Program-made: the position numbers and the translations under genes
The notes under the pieces: model-generated
Databases searched by the model: none
Told to the model about the DNA's origin: nothing
Seen by the model: only the letters and a program-made list of their open reading frames with translations
Shown here: positions 9,996-20,055 of the stretch, in pieces
Layout: every line of letters begins with the position of its first letter
Position numbering within the stretch: position 1 is the stretch's first letter
Assembly: GCA_031459385.1 (NCBI GenBank)
Contig: JAVKIP010000001.1
Location: 320,001-384,000 of the forward strand
From: Candidatus Fervidifonticultor secundus
GTDB taxonomy: Bacteria > Sysuimicrobiota > Sysuimicrobiia > Sysuimicrobiales > Humicultoraceae
Length of the DNA stretch: 64,000 nt
Reading direction: 5' to 3'

Positions 9996-10958
9996 GTGGA
10001 CATGCCGAAGCCGTTGTGGTTGCGTGGTGTGATTCCGGCCATTGTGACGCCGTTTCGCGACGACTACAGCGTCGATGAGGACGGACTGCGGCGGTATGTG
10101 CGCGCGGTGCTGGCCGTGCCCGGGGTGAGCGGCGTGCTGTGCAACGGGTATACGGGCGAAGGTGGGGCGCTGACGCCGGAGGAACGGCGGCGGTGCATCG
10201 AGATCTGTGCCGGCGAGATCGGCGGACGGGTGCCGCTCATCGCCGGGATAGATGCGCGGTCGACGGCAGAGGCGGTGGAGGCGGCGCGGGACGCTGTCCG
10301 GGCCGGTGCAACGGTGATTCAGGTGAACTCTCCCTTTGAGCACCTGCTGCGGCGAGGATTCCCGCGTACCATGGAGGCACCGCTGCGCTACTTCGGCACC
10401 CTGAACGATGAGGTCGGCGTGCCGATGCTGGTGTTTCAGTACCCTGCGTGGAGCGGTCTGACCTATCCCCCGGAAGTCCTGGCCAGGCTGGCGGAGCTCC
10501 CCTATGTGGTGGCGGTCAAAGAAGCCGTGGACCTCGAGACGTACGTGGCGGACTTCGATGCGTTGCATGGCACCGTAGCCCTCTTTGCCGATCACAACGG
10601 CTACACCCTGCTGCCCATGTTGCTGCTGGGCGCCGATGGCACCATGGTCGGCATCTCCAACGTGGGGTTGGAACTGTACGTCGAGCTGTTCGAGGCGGTG
10701 CAGCACCGGGAGTTCCAGCGCGCAGTGGACCTGACCAACACCCGCCTGCGACCGCTGATGCGAGTGCTGGCCACCGACCTGGGCCGCACGCCCACGTCGT
10801 TCGTCAGCAAGGTCAAGGAAGCCCTGGTGATGCTCGGACGGCTGGACCGGGCGGTGGTACGGCCGCCAGAGGTTCCCGTCACCGCGGCGGAGCGGCGGGA
10901 GATCCGACAGGCCCTGACTGCGGCCGGCCTCCTGTCCGCGGCAGCGCCCGTGGTCTGA
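9996..10958 (+). CDS. DapA/NanA (class I aldolase) family protein
   Basis: GVIPAIVTPF, NGYTGEG, Schiff-base Lys in VVAVKEA, GADGTMVG. Confidence 0.88.
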   Translation: MDMPKPLWLRGVIPAIVTPFRDDYSVDEDGLRRYVRAVLAVPGVSGVLCNGYTGEGGALTPEERRRCIEICAGEIGGRVPLIAGIDARSTAEAVEAARDAVRAGATVIQVNSPFEHLLRRGFPRTMEAPLRYFGTLNDEVGVPMLVFQYPAWSGLTYPPEVLARLAELPYVVAVKEAVDLETYVADFDALHGTVALFADHNGYTLLPMLLLGADGTMVGISNVGLELYVELFEAVQHREFQRAVDLTNTRLRPLMRVLATDLGRTPTSFVSKVKEALVMLGRLDRAVVRPPEVPVTAAERREIRQALTAAGLLSAAAPVV

Positions 10959-13051
10959 TGTTCGTCGTGGGCGTGGACGTCGGCGGCACGTTCACCGACG
11001 TGGCCGTGCTGGACGTGCAGGGTGGTCACACCGTCACGGCCAAGGCGCTCAGCCGCCCTGACGATCTCACCACGAGCGTGGTGGAGGCCCTGGAGATGGC
11101 GGCCGCCACCCTGGGGGTGTCGCTGGAGCGGTTGCTGGCGCGCACCGTGCGTTTTTCCCACGCCACGACCCGGACGTCCAACGCGTTGCTGACGTTCTCT
11201 GGGAGCCGGGTGGGACTGCTGACGACACGAGGGTTTGAGGATACGCTGCTCATCATGCGTGGCATCGGACGCGTGGCCGGTCTCAGCCTGGCGGAGCGGC
11301 GGCATCCTCGGGCAACCGCCAAGCCGCCCCTGCTGGTGGACGAGACGCGCATTCGGGGCGTCAGGGAACGGGTTGATGCCCGTGGGCGGATCGTGACGCC
11401 GCTGGACGTCGACCACGCCCGAGCACAGATCGTCGATCTCCTGCAGGAGGGTGTCGAGGCGTTTGCCGTCTGCCTCCTGTGGGCGTTCGCCAACCCCTGC
11501 CACGAGCAGGCCATCGCCGCGCTCATCGGAGAGCTAGCGCCGCAGGCCCACATCAGTCTGTCACACCAGGTGGCGCCGCTGCGGGGCGAGTACGAGCGGA
11601 CGGCCACCACGGTGGTCAATGCGTACGTGGCGTCCGCCCTGGAGCACTACCTGCGGCGATTGACCCGGCGCCTGCGGGATGCGGGGTTGCAGGCGCCGCT
11701 GCTGGTGATTCAGGCCAACGGCGGCGCCACGTCCGTCGACCGGGTCGTTCCCGTGCAGACCATCGAATCGGGCCCGGCAGCCGGGGTGGCCGCGGCGCAG
11801 GCGGTGGCGCGGGCGACGGGTCACCAGCGCGTCATTGCCACCGACGTGGGCGGGACGACGTTCAAGGTTGGCGTGCTCACGGGCGGGAAGTGGGCCACCA
11901 CGCGCGAGACGGTCATCGGCCAGTACAGCCTGTGGTTGCCCATGGTGGACGTGGTGTCGATCGGCGCGGGCGGCGGTTCGGTGGCCTGGGTGGATGATAC
12001 GCGCCTGCGCGTGGGGCCCCGCAGCGCCGGGGCGGTGCCCGGACCGGCTTGCTACGGCCGTGGTGGCACCGAGCCGACCGTCACCGACGCGGACGTGGTA
12101 CTGGGGTATATCGGCCCCGATACCTTCTGGGGTGGCCGCATGCGGCTGGATACGGCGGCCGCCAGGCGCGCCCTTGCAGAACACGTCGCCGTCAGCCTGT
12201 TCGACGGCGACGTGGTGCGGGCTGCCGCGGGCATTCGTGAGGTCATAGACCACCAGATGGCCGACCTGATTCGCAAGGTCACCATCGAGCGGGGGTACGA
12301 TCCGCGGGAGTTCGTTCTGTTCGCCTATGGCGGTATGGGGCCGGTGCACGGGAATGCCTACGCGCGCGCGGCCGGCATCGCGCGGGTGGTGGTTCCCGGC
12401 GGGGCGTCAGTGCTCTCCGCGGTGGGCGGCGCGCGGTCGGATATCCTGCACACGCAGGCCACTTCGGATCTGCTGTTGGTGCCTGCGGATCCCAGCCGGC
12501 TGAAGAGCCACTTCCGTCGCATGGAGGCCGAAGCCGCGGCGATGTTCGAGGCCGAGGGGATCCCCCCCGAGCGGCGGACGTTCTCCCGATGGCTGGAGAT
12601 GCGGTACCGCCGCCAGCTGCACGCCATCCGCGTGGACATTTCGACGCGGGCGCTGGACGACGGGCAGACGGATGCCGTGGTCGCGGAGTTCGAGCGTCGG
12701 TACGCCGCGCTGTACGGTGCCGCGGCGGCCTTCAGGGAGGCGGGGATCGAGGTGGTCACGGCGGGATTGGACGCCTGGGGTCACGTCGAGTCCCTGCCGC
12801 TGCCGGTCGTCCCGACGGGCGGGTCCGATCCGTCGGCGGCGCTGAAGGGGCACCGTTCCGTGTACTGCCTGCGGCGGCGTCGATGGGTGGAGGCACCCGT
12901 GTACGACGGGGAGCGGGTCAGTGCCGGGAACCGAGTGCTCGGGCTCGCGTTGGTGGAGTACCCGCATACGACAGTGGTGGTGGAGGACGGGACGGAGGCG
13001 GTGGTCGACGCGTTCGGGAACATGGTGCTGACGTGCGAGGTGGAGGCGTGA
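10958..13051 (+). CDS. Hydantoinase A / oxoprolinase / acetone carboxylase beta-like ATP-binding subunit
   Basis: DVGGTFTD, EYERTATTVVNAYV, ESGPAAG, DVGGTT, IGAGGGS, GPRSAGAVPGPACYGRGG; TGATG overlap. Confidence 0.93.
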   Translation: MFVVGVDVGGTFTDVAVLDVQGGHTVTAKALSRPDDLTTSVVEALEMAAATLGVSLERLLARTVRFSHATTRTSNALLTFSGSRVGLLTTRGFEDTLLIMRGIGRVAGLSLAERRHPRATAKPPLLVDETRIRGVRERVDARGRIVTPLDVDHARAQIVDLLQEGVEAFAVCLLWAFANPCHEQAIAALIGELAPQAHISLSHQVAPLRGEYERTATTVVNAYVASALEHYLRRLTRRLRDAGLQAPLLVIQANGGATSVDRVVPVQTIESGPAAGVAAAQAVARATGHQRVIATDVGGTTFKVGVLTGGKWATTRETVIGQYSLWLPMVDVVSIGAGGGSVAWVDDTRLRVGPRSAGAVPGPACYGRGGTEPTVTDADVVLGYIGPDTFWGGRMRLDTAAARRALAEHVAVSLFDGDVVRAAAGIREVIDHQMADLIRKVTIERGYDPREFVLFAYGGMGPVHGNAYARAAGIARVVVPGGASVLSAVGGARSDILHTQATSDLLLVPADPSRLKSHFRRMEAEAAAMFEAEGIPPERRTFSRWLEMRYRRQLHAIRVDISTRALDDGQTDAVVAEFERRYAALYGAAAAFREAGIEVVTAGLDAWGHVESLPLPVVPTGGSDPSAALKGHRSVYCLRRRRWVEAPVYDGERVSAGNRVLGLALVEYPHTTVVVEDGTEAVVDAFGNMVLTCEVEA

Positions 13052-13059
13052 GGACCGGC

Positions 13060-15270
13060 ATGCCGGGTGTGGAGCCCGTGACCTTCGAGGTCATTGCCCA
13101 CCGGCTGGGGCTGATCGCCGAAGAGATGGGCATCGTCTACATGCGTACCTCGGGCTCGCACGTCCTCGTCACCGGCAACGACGCTGCCACGGGCATCACG
13201 CTGCCTGACGGCGCCCTGGTCATCGCTGGCCCGTACATCACCACCCAGGCCAACGTGCTGCCGCTGGTTATCCACAGCACGCAGGAGTTATGCGGTCAGC
13301 GCCCGGGGATCGTCGACGGCGATGTGTTCATCTGCAACGACCCGTACCTGGGGGCGATCCATCAGCCGGACATCGCCACGGTGGCACCCGTCTTCCACGG
13401 GGGGCGGCTGGTGGCCTGGGTCGGCGCCTCGGGACACCAGTTGGACACCGGGGGCATGGATCCCGGCGGGTTCTCCGTGGGCGTGGTCGACGTCCACCAG
13501 GAAGGCCTGCGCATGCCGCCGGTGAAGCTGGTGGAGCGGGGCGTGCTCCGCGACGATCTCTTTCGGTGGATTTGCAACAGCGTGCGTGACCCGCTGGTCG
13601 GCCTCGACATCAAAGCACAACTGGCGGCGCTGACCGTGGGCCGGCGGCGCCTCCTGGAGACCATCGACCGATACGGGGCCGAGACCGTGACGGCGGTCAT
13701 GCAGGGCATGCTGGCGTACGCCGAGCGGCGGCTGCGAGGACGGTTACGGGAGCTGCCCGACGCGGTGGTGCGCGAGGTACAGTACCTCGACCACGATGGA
13801 CATGCGCCGAACGTCTACCAGGTGATCTGTACCGTTGCCAAGCGTGGCGACCGGCTGTCCGTGGACTTCTCGGGCACGGACTCGGCACCGGCGAGCCTGA
13901 TCAACTGCACAGCGTCCGGCCTCCTGGCGGGGGTGCTGACCGCCGTCTACGTGCAGCTGGCCTACGACCTGCCGTGGAACTGGGGGATTCGTCGGTGCCT
14001 TGAGATCACCGCTCCCGAGAGGTGCATCGTCAACGCTCGGTACCCCAGGCCGTGCTCCATGGCCACCATCTCGGCGGTGATCATCGTCATTGACTGCGTG
14101 TTCGGGGCCCTGGCAAAGATCCTGTCATGCAGCCCGCGGTACGCCATGGAGGCCACCGGTCTGTGGACGGGCACGTCGATGGGCCCCGTGGTGGCCGGGA
14201 CCAGTCAGCACGGGTTCCCCTTTGCGACAACGGAGATGAGCCACTTCGCCGGGGGCACCGGCGCGCGGACCTACGCCGACGGCGTGGATACCGGCGGGAT
14301 TATCTTCAATACCACACCAAACATCTCCAACGTGGAAGACATCGAAGCCGACTTCCCGCTGCTGTACCTGTTCCGGCGGCACCTGCGCGACTCGGGCGGA
14401 CCGGGACGCTGGCGCGGCGGGGCGTCAGGCGAGCTGGCATACGTGCCGCATGGTGCGCCCCATGATGACCTGGAGTGCGTCATGGCGGCCACGGGCGCCG
14501 AGCAGCCCAACGCCGTGGGCCTCTGGGGAGGTCTGCCCGGCGCCGCAGTCCGGGTGGCCCGCGTGCGCGGCACCGACATCCCCCAGCGCAAGGGGACGTC
14601 GGCGCCACTGCCGGCGACGCTGGAGGAGTGTGGGGGGGTGCTGGAGTTCTTGCCTCCCAAGCACCGCCGTACCGCATTCCGGCACGACGAGGTCTGGTAC
14701 CACAACTGGCAGGGTGCCGGAGGATACGGCGATCCGATTCAGCGAGAGCCGCACCGGGTCGCCGAAGACGTGCGCCGCGGACTGGTCTCCCGCGACGTGG
14801 CGTGGGCGGTGTACGGCGTAGCCCTCGACGGGACCGGTGGTGTTGACGAAGCCGCCACGGAGGCCCGCCGCCGGTCCATCGTCGCCGAGCGCCGACAACA
14901 CGCCCGGCGTCCGCTCCCGCACGCGTCCGCTCCGATTCCGGAAGCGGATGCCGCAGCGCTGGTACCGGTGGGTCCGTACCTGGGCATCGACTGGACGCGC
15001 CGGGTGTACGCGTGCCGTGTCTGCCGCCGGACGCTGGGCCCGGCGGAGGCCAATCTCTATGACCTGCTGGCCGAGGCCGAGCTTCCCCTGGTGGCCGCCG
15101 GCCCGGTGCGGGGGGAGCACTACGATCGCGGGCGGTTCTTCCTGCGGGCGCTGTACTGCCCTGGCTGCGGGACGCAGGTCGACGTCCACGTGCAGCTGCG
15201 GGGAGGCACGCCGCGGGCATTCCGCCTCGTACCGGCCGCGGTACAGGTGGGGGGCGGCATGCCGCCGTAA
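13060..15270 (+). CDS. Hydantoinase B / oxoprolinase subunit with C-terminal acetone carboxylase gamma-like Zn-binding domain
   Basis: NDPYLGAIHQPD, HQLDTGG, QEGL, DSGGPGRWRGG, GAGGYGDP; C-terminal CRVC...YCPGCG. Confidence 0.88.
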   Translation: MPGVEPVTFEVIAHRLGLIAEEMGIVYMRTSGSHVLVTGNDAATGITLPDGALVIAGPYITTQANVLPLVIHSTQELCGQRPGIVDGDVFICNDPYLGAIHQPDIATVAPVFHGGRLVAWVGASGHQLDTGGMDPGGFSVGVVDVHQEGLRMPPVKLVERGVLRDDLFRWICNSVRDPLVGLDIKAQLAALTVGRRRLLETIDRYGAETVTAVMQGMLAYAERRLRGRLRELPDAVVREVQYLDHDGHAPNVYQVICTVAKRGDRLSVDFSGTDSAPASLINCTASGLLAGVLTAVYVQLAYDLPWNWGIRRCLEITAPERCIVNARYPRPCSMATISAVIIVIDCVFGALAKILSCSPRYAMEATGLWTGTSMGPVVAGTSQHGFPFATTEMSHFAGGTGARTYADGVDTGGIIFNTTPNISNVEDIEADFPLLYLFRRHLRDSGGPGRWRGGASGELAYVPHGAPHDDLECVMAATGAEQPNAVGLWGGLPGAAVRVARVRGTDIPQRKGTSAPLPATLEECGGVLEFLPPKHRRTAFRHDEVWYHNWQGAGGYGDPIQREPHRVAEDVRRGLVSRDVAWAVYGVALDGTGGVDEAATEARRRSIVAERRQHARRPLPHASAPIPEADAAALVPVGPYLGIDWTRRVYACRVCRRTLGPAEANLYDLLAEAELPLVAAGPVRGEHYDRGRFFLRALYCPGCGTQVDVHVQLRGGTPRAFRLVPAAVQVGGGMPP

Positions 15271-15288
15271 GATGGAGGCAGACGGCGT

Positions 15289-16149
15289 ATGCGGTTGGTT
15301 CTGTTCGACGACGGCCGGGGACCCCGTCCCGGCGTGTTGGACGGCGACGATGTCATCCGGGACGTGGGCGATCGTTTCGGCACGCTCTCCGCGGCCCTGG
15401 CGGCGCTCCATGACGCACCCGACGACTTTCAGACTGCGTTGGCCCGCGGCACCGTGGTGCCGCGGGCACGGGCCAGGCTTCTGGCCCCGGTGGACCGCAT
15501 GGCGCAGGTGCTGTGCGTGGCGGCCAACTACCGCGAGCACGCCGAGGAAGCGGGGCTCGGGGGCGTGCCGCCGCAGCCGGTGCTGTTCGTAAAGCTGTGG
15601 ACAGCACTGACAGGCCCGGAGGATCCCATTCGGCTCAGTCCGCTCACGCGGCAGCTGGACTACGAAGCTGAGCTGGTGGCGGTCGTGGGACGGGTTGCGC
15701 GGGCGGTCGCGGCGGCCGAGGCTCTACGCCATGTCGGCGGCTACACTGTCATGAACGACATCAGCGCACGGGACCTCCAGTGGACGCAGCTCGGTCAGCA
15801 CCGCATCGTGGACTGGTACTCGGCCAAGTGTCTGGAGGCATCGACGCCGGTGGGACCGTGGATCGTGACCTCGGACGAGGTTCCGGACCCCCAGCGCCTG
15901 CGCATCCGCTCGTGGGTCAACGGCGTCCTCCGGCAGGACGAGACGACGGCGCTCATGGTGCACCCGATCGGTGCCCTGGTGGCCTACGCATCGCTGCGGA
16001 CGACCCTCTACCCGGGTGACCTCATCGCAACGGGCACACCCCGCGGCGTGGGCGGGTTCGCCGGCCGATTCCTCCAGGAGGGCGATGTGGTGGAAGTGGA
16101 CGTGGACGGGATAGGGCGTCTGGCCAACCGGGTGCAACGCGCCGGTTGA
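15289..16149 (+). CDS. Fumarylacetoacetate hydrolase family protein
   Basis: ANYREHAEE, LDYEAEL, NDISARD, GPWIVT, GDLIATGTP. Confidence 0.93.
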   Translation: MRLVLFDDGRGPRPGVLDGDDVIRDVGDRFGTLSAALAALHDAPDDFQTALARGTVVPRARARLLAPVDRMAQVLCVAANYREHAEEAGLGGVPPQPVLFVKLWTALTGPEDPIRLSPLTRQLDYEAELVAVVGRVARAVAAAEALRHVGGYTVMNDISARDLQWTQLGQHRIVDWYSAKCLEASTPVGPWIVTSDEVPDPQRLRIRSWVNGVLRQDETTALMVHPIGALVAYASLRTTLYPGDLIATGTPRGVGGFAGRFLQEGDVVEVDVDGIGRLANRVQRAG

Positions 16150-16151
16150 CC

Positions 16152-16922
16152 ATGGATGCCAGTGCTACCGTCCCCGGGCGGCGCCGGGTGGTGCTGATCA
16201 CGGGGGCCAGCCGCGGGATCGGCCGCGCGACCGCCCTGGCAGCAGCGTCCGAAGGCATGGATGTCGCGCTCGTGGCGCGACGGGATCTCCAGGCGCTGGC
16301 AGCCGTCGCAGACGCGGCGCGGGCCCGGGGGGTGCGAGCCACCTGGTTGCTGGCCGACGTCGGCCAGCTGGTGGACATCGAAAAGATCGCTACGCACGTG
16401 GCACAGGCATACGGTCGGCTGGACGCGTTGGTGAACAACGCAGGGGTGGCCACACGGCGCAGCGTGACTGACGTCTCGGTAGCAGAGTGGCAGGACACGC
16501 TGGCGGTGAATCTCACCGGTCCGTTCTTCCTGGTGCGGGCGTGCCTGCCGCTGCTGCGGAAGGGGGACGATCCCGCCGTCGTCAATGTGGCCTCCATCGC
16601 GGGACGCATCGGCGGTCGGGTGGGACCACATTACGCTGCCTCCAAAGGTGGGCTGATCGCACTCACGAGGTACCTGGCCCTGCACCTGCGGGCCGATGGC
16701 ATCCGGGTCAACTGTGTGGCGCCCGACCTGACGGCCACCGAGATGCCCCGCCAGTTGGGGCTGGTGCCGCCGGCGGATTCTGCGGGCACGCCGGTCTGCC
16801 TGGGTCGCCCGGAAGACGTGGCGCAGGTAATCGTATTTCTCTGCCGTCCGGGCAACAGGTTCCTGAACGGCGAGTGCATTCACCTGACCGGGGGCCGCCA
16901 GTACTACGGCGAGGTGCCCTGA
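16152..16922 (+). CDS. SDR family NAD(P)-dependent oxidoreductase (FabG-like)
   Basis: TGASRGIG, NNAG, YAASK, IRVNCVAP. Confidence 0.92.
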   Translation: MDASATVPGRRRVVLITGASRGIGRATALAAASEGMDVALVARRDLQALAAVADAARARGVRATWLLADVGQLVDIEKIATHVAQAYGRLDALVNNAGVATRRSVTDVSVAEWQDTLAVNLTGPFFLVRACLPLLRKGDDPAVVNVASIAGRIGGRVGPHYAASKGGLIALTRYLALHLRADGIRVNCVAPDLTATEMPRQLGLVPPADSAGTPVCLGRPEDVAQVIVFLCRPGNRFLNGECIHLTGGRQYYGEVP

Positions 16923-16962
16923 CGCGGCTACCGCGGGGTCGCGTCCTCACCGGGTTGCGGTC

Positions 16963-17730
16963 TCAGCGGATCAACCGGCGCCGCATCAGCCGCAGCGGAG
17001 CCGGGAACAGCACTGCGGTCACCGCCAGCATCCAGGCCACGTCGGCGAGATGCCCGGGGCCCGCCGTGCCCAGGGCCAGCGCCCGCGCCACGCTCACGAC
17101 GTGCGAGAGCGGCGTCAGCCAGGCCGCCGCGCGCACCCAGGCCGGCAGGGCGTCTAGGGGGAAGAAGACGCCGCTGAACATGAACATGGGCGTGATGAAC
17201 AGGGCGAAGTAGAACGTGAAGTAGTCGATGTTGGGGTTGACGGCGGTGAATGTCATGGCGATGACCGAGAACATGAGGCCCGACAGGAAGAACAGCGGCG
17301 GCAGCAGCAGCGCCAGGGGCGAGCGCACCACCCCGAACAGCGCGATGACCACCAGGAAGACGCTGCCGTAGAGCACGCTGCGGGTCGCCCCCCAGGCGAT
17401 CTCGCCGACGACCACGTCCTCGACGTTCAGCGGCGTGGTGATCACGGCGTCGTAGGCTTTCTCATAGTACATCTGCACGTAGGCGTTGTACGTGCACTCG
17501 AACGTCGCCCCGAACATGGCTGCGGTGGCCACCAGCCCCGTGGCCACGAAGGTCAGGTACGGCAGGCCGCCGACCGTGCTCAGGTACGCGCCGAGCCCGA
17601 AGCCCATGGCCAGCAGGTAGATGACCGGCTCCAGGAAGTTGATGGCCACCGACTCGGGGAAGATGCGCCGGAAGACGTAGACGTTGCGCTGCCAGAACCG
17701 CAGGGCGCCCTTCGGCCAGAAGAGCCTCAT
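16963..17730 (-). CDS. ABC-2 type exporter permease (NodJ-like)
   Basis: EPVIYLLAMGFGLG, PMFMFSGVFFP, PLSHVV; 6 TM segments. Confidence 0.88.
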   Translation of the reverse strand: MRLFWPKGALRFWQRNVYVFRRIFPESVAINFLEPVIYLLAMGFGLGAYLSTVGGLPYLTFVATGLVATAAMFGATFECTYNAYVQMYYEKAYDAVITTPLNVEDVVVGEIAWGATRSVLYGSVFLVVIALFGVVRSPLALLLPPLFFLSGLMFSVIAMTFTAVNPNIDYFTFYFALFITPMFMFSGVFFPLDALPAWVRAAAWLTPLSHVVSVARALALGTAGPGHLADVAWMLAVTAVLFPAPLRLMRRRLIR

Positions 17731-18683
17731 CAGTCGCGCAGCATCCTCCCGGTGAGCTTCAGGAAGACGTCCTCCAGCGTGGCGCGGCGCAGCGTCGCCG
17801 CCTCGACGTCCACACCCGCCGCGCGGATGCGGTGCAGCAGCGCCTCGCCGTCGGCCGTGTAGAACAGGACCAGGTCGCCGGCAACCTCGTGGGCGTCGGC
17901 CAGGCCGGCGGCGGCGGCCAGCGCCCGGTCCAGTCCCGGGGCCGCCTCGCCGTCGCGGGCCAGCCCGTGGAGCTCCACCACCTCGCGGCCCACGTGGGCC
18001 CGGATCAGGTCAGCGGGCGCGCCCTCGGCGACGATCCGGCTGCGGTCCATGATGACGAGCCGGTCGCACAGCGCCGCGGCCTCCTCCATGTAGTGCGTGG
18101 TCAGGATCTGCGTGACGCCCCGGCGCTTGAGCTCGCGGAGCTTCTCCCAGGTGAGCTGGCGGGCCTGGGGATCGAGGCCCGTGGTGGGCTCGTCGAGAAT
18201 CAGCAGCTCCGGGTCGGCGATCAGCGCCCGCGCCACCATCAGGCGCCGGCGCATGCCGCCGCTCAGGGTCTCCACCCGGTCGTTGGCGCGGTCTGCCAGC
18301 GCCACGAACGCCAGCAGCTCGTCGGCTCGCCGTCGTGCCACAGCCCACGGGAGGTCGAAATAGCGCCCGAAGACCACCAGGTTCTCGCGGACGGTGAGCG
18401 CCGAGTCCAGGGTGTTCTCCTGGGCGACGACCCCCAGGCGCGCTTTGATGGCCCGGGCGTCGGCGCGGACGTCGCGGCCCAGGACGTGCAGGGCACCGGC
18501 GGTGGGCGGCAGGACGCAGTAGATCATCTTCATGGTCGTGGTCTTGCCGGCGCCGTTGGGGCCCAGGAAGCCGAAGCACTCGCCGCGGCGGACCGCGAAC
18601 GTGATGCCGTCCACCGCCAGCAGCGTGCCGTAGCGCTTGGTCAGCGCCTCCGCCTGAACGACGGCGTCGGGCGCATCACGCAT
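17730..18683 (-). CDS. ABC-2 type exporter ATP-binding protein (NodI-like)
   Basis: GPNGAGKTT, LSGGMRRR, LILDEPTTGLD, TTHYMEEA. Confidence 0.92.
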   Translation of the reverse strand: MRDAPDAVVQAEALTKRYGTLLAVDGITFAVRRGECFGFLGPNGAGKTTTMKMIYCVLPPTAGALHVLGRDVRADARAIKARLGVVAQENTLDSALTVRENLVVFGRYFDLPWAVARRRADELLAFVALADRANDRVETLSGGMRRRLMVARALIADPELLILDEPTTGLDPQARQLTWEKLRELKRRGVTQILTTHYMEEAAALCDRLVIMDRSRIVAEGAPADLIRAHVGREVVELHGLARDGEAAPGLDRALAAAAGLADAHEVAGDLVLFYTADGEALLHRIRAAGVDVEAATLRRATLEDVFLKLTGRMLRD

Positions 18684-20055
18684 CGGCGTCCGCGGCCCCG
18701 CTTCCCGCGGGCGTGGTGGGCTCCGGCCCCGCGTCCCCGGCCGGCTGGGCCCCCGGTGGCGGCTGCATCGGCGCGGCCAGCACCTTGTCGACGCGGTGGC
18801 CGTCCATGTCCACCACCTCGACCCGCCAGCCCGGGAGCGCCACGTGGTCGCCGGGGCTCGGGATCCGGTCCAGGACCGTCATGACCATGCCGCCGACGGT
18901 CTCGTAGCCCTCGCCCTCCGCCGGGAGGGCGTCGAGCCCGAGCAGCATCTTGAACTCGTCCGCCGGCAGCATGCCATCGACCAGCCACGAGCCGTCGGCG
19001 CGCCGGACGACGGACGGCATGGCGGCTTCGCCTGCCTGGGGGATCTCGCCCACGATGGCTTCCAGGATGTCGTCGCTCGTCACCAGCCCCTGGAGTCCGC
19101 CGTACTCGTCGATCAGCAGCGCTGTGTGGGTGCGGGCCTGGCGGAACTGGTCCAGCGCCGACAGCGCGGGCGCGGTCTCGGGGATGAACAACGGCCGCTG
19201 CGCCAGTGCCCGCAGGTCGATCGGCCTGCCGCCCATGAGGTGCACCAGCAGGTCACGGGCCTGCACGATCCCCACGACCCGGTCCAGCGTTCCCTCGGCC
19301 ACCGGGTAGGCCGAGTAGCGGCTCGAGGTCACCTTCCGGCGGATCTCCTCGGGAGGATCGTCCACGTCGAGCCAGGTGATCTCGGTGCGCGGCGTCATGA
19401 TGGCGCTGACCCTGCGGTCGGCCAGACGGAAGACCCGTTCCACGAGCTTCTGCTCGCCCGGCTTGAACACCCCGGTCTCGGCGCCCCGGGCGATCAGCAG
19501 CCGCACTTCCTCCTCGGTGACCGGCGGTTCGCTCACGGGGGGCACCCGCAGGGCGCGCACGACCAGCTCGGTGAACGCGCTGAGCACGTGCACCACCGGG
19601 GCCGCCACCACCGCCAGGCTCCGCATCGCCGGCGCGAGCGCCGCCGCCAGGCCCTCCGGCGCGGCGAGCGCCACGCGTTTGGGGACCAGCTCGCCCAGCA
19701 CCAGCGACAGGACCGTGATCGGCAGCACGACCAGGCCCAGCGCCGTCGCCTGGGCATACGGCGCCAGGGCCGGGATCGTCGCGAGCCACGCCGCCAGCGG
19801 CCGCGCCAGGGTCGCACCGCCAAAGGCACCGGCGAGGACGCCGACCAGCGTGATGCCGACCTGCACGGTGGAGATGAACCGGCTCGGCGTGCGCAGCAAC
19901 TCCAGCGCCACACGGGCGCCGCGGTCGCCGGCGGCAGCCCGCTGCTCCAGGCGGCTGCGGCGCGCGGCGAGCACGGCGATCTCGGCCATGGCGAAGACGC
20001 CGTTGACCAGGACCAGCAGCAGGATGATCAGGACCTCAACGGACAGCTCGCGCAT
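18676..20055 (-). CDS. HlyC/CorC (CNNM, hemolysin family) membrane protein with CBS domains
   Basis: NGVFAMAEIA, STVQVGIT, GELVPK, IMTPR, DEYGG, CorC C-terminal VDMDGHRVDKV. Confidence 0.93.
   Translation of the reverse strand: MRELSVEVLIILLLVLVNGVFAMAEIAVLAARRSRLEQRAAAGDRGARVALELLRTPSRFISTVQVGITLVGVLAGAFGGATLARPLAAWLATIPALAPYAQATALGLVVLPITVLSLVLGELVPKRVALAAPEGLAAALAPAMRSLAVVAAPVVHVLSAFTELVVRALRVPPVSEPPVTEEEVRLLIARGAETGVFKPGEQKLVERVFRLADRRVSAIMTPRTEITWLDVDDPPEEIRRKVTSSRYSAYPVAEGTLDRVVGIVQARDLLVHLMGGRPIDLRALAQRPLFIPETAPALSALDQFRQARTHTALLIDEYGGLQGLVTSDDILEAIVGEIPQAGEAAMPSVVRRADGSWLVDGMLPADEFKMLLGLDALPAEGEGYETVGGMVMTVLDRIPSPGDHVALPGWRVEVVDMDGHRVDKVLAAPMQPPPGAQPAGDAGPEPTTPAGSGAADADA

Noticed and set aside
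16921..16945. Hairpin GACGCGGC...GTCGCGTC between convergent genes
   Set aside because: Imperfect stem without U-tract; could arise by chance at this GC content
16963..18683. Nodulation genes nodIJ
   Set aside because: NodI/NodJ-like ABC-2 exporters are widespread; no nodABC here
18676..20055. Hemolysin/toxin
   Set aside because: CNNM/CorC family, a Mg/Co transport-type protein, not evidence of virulence
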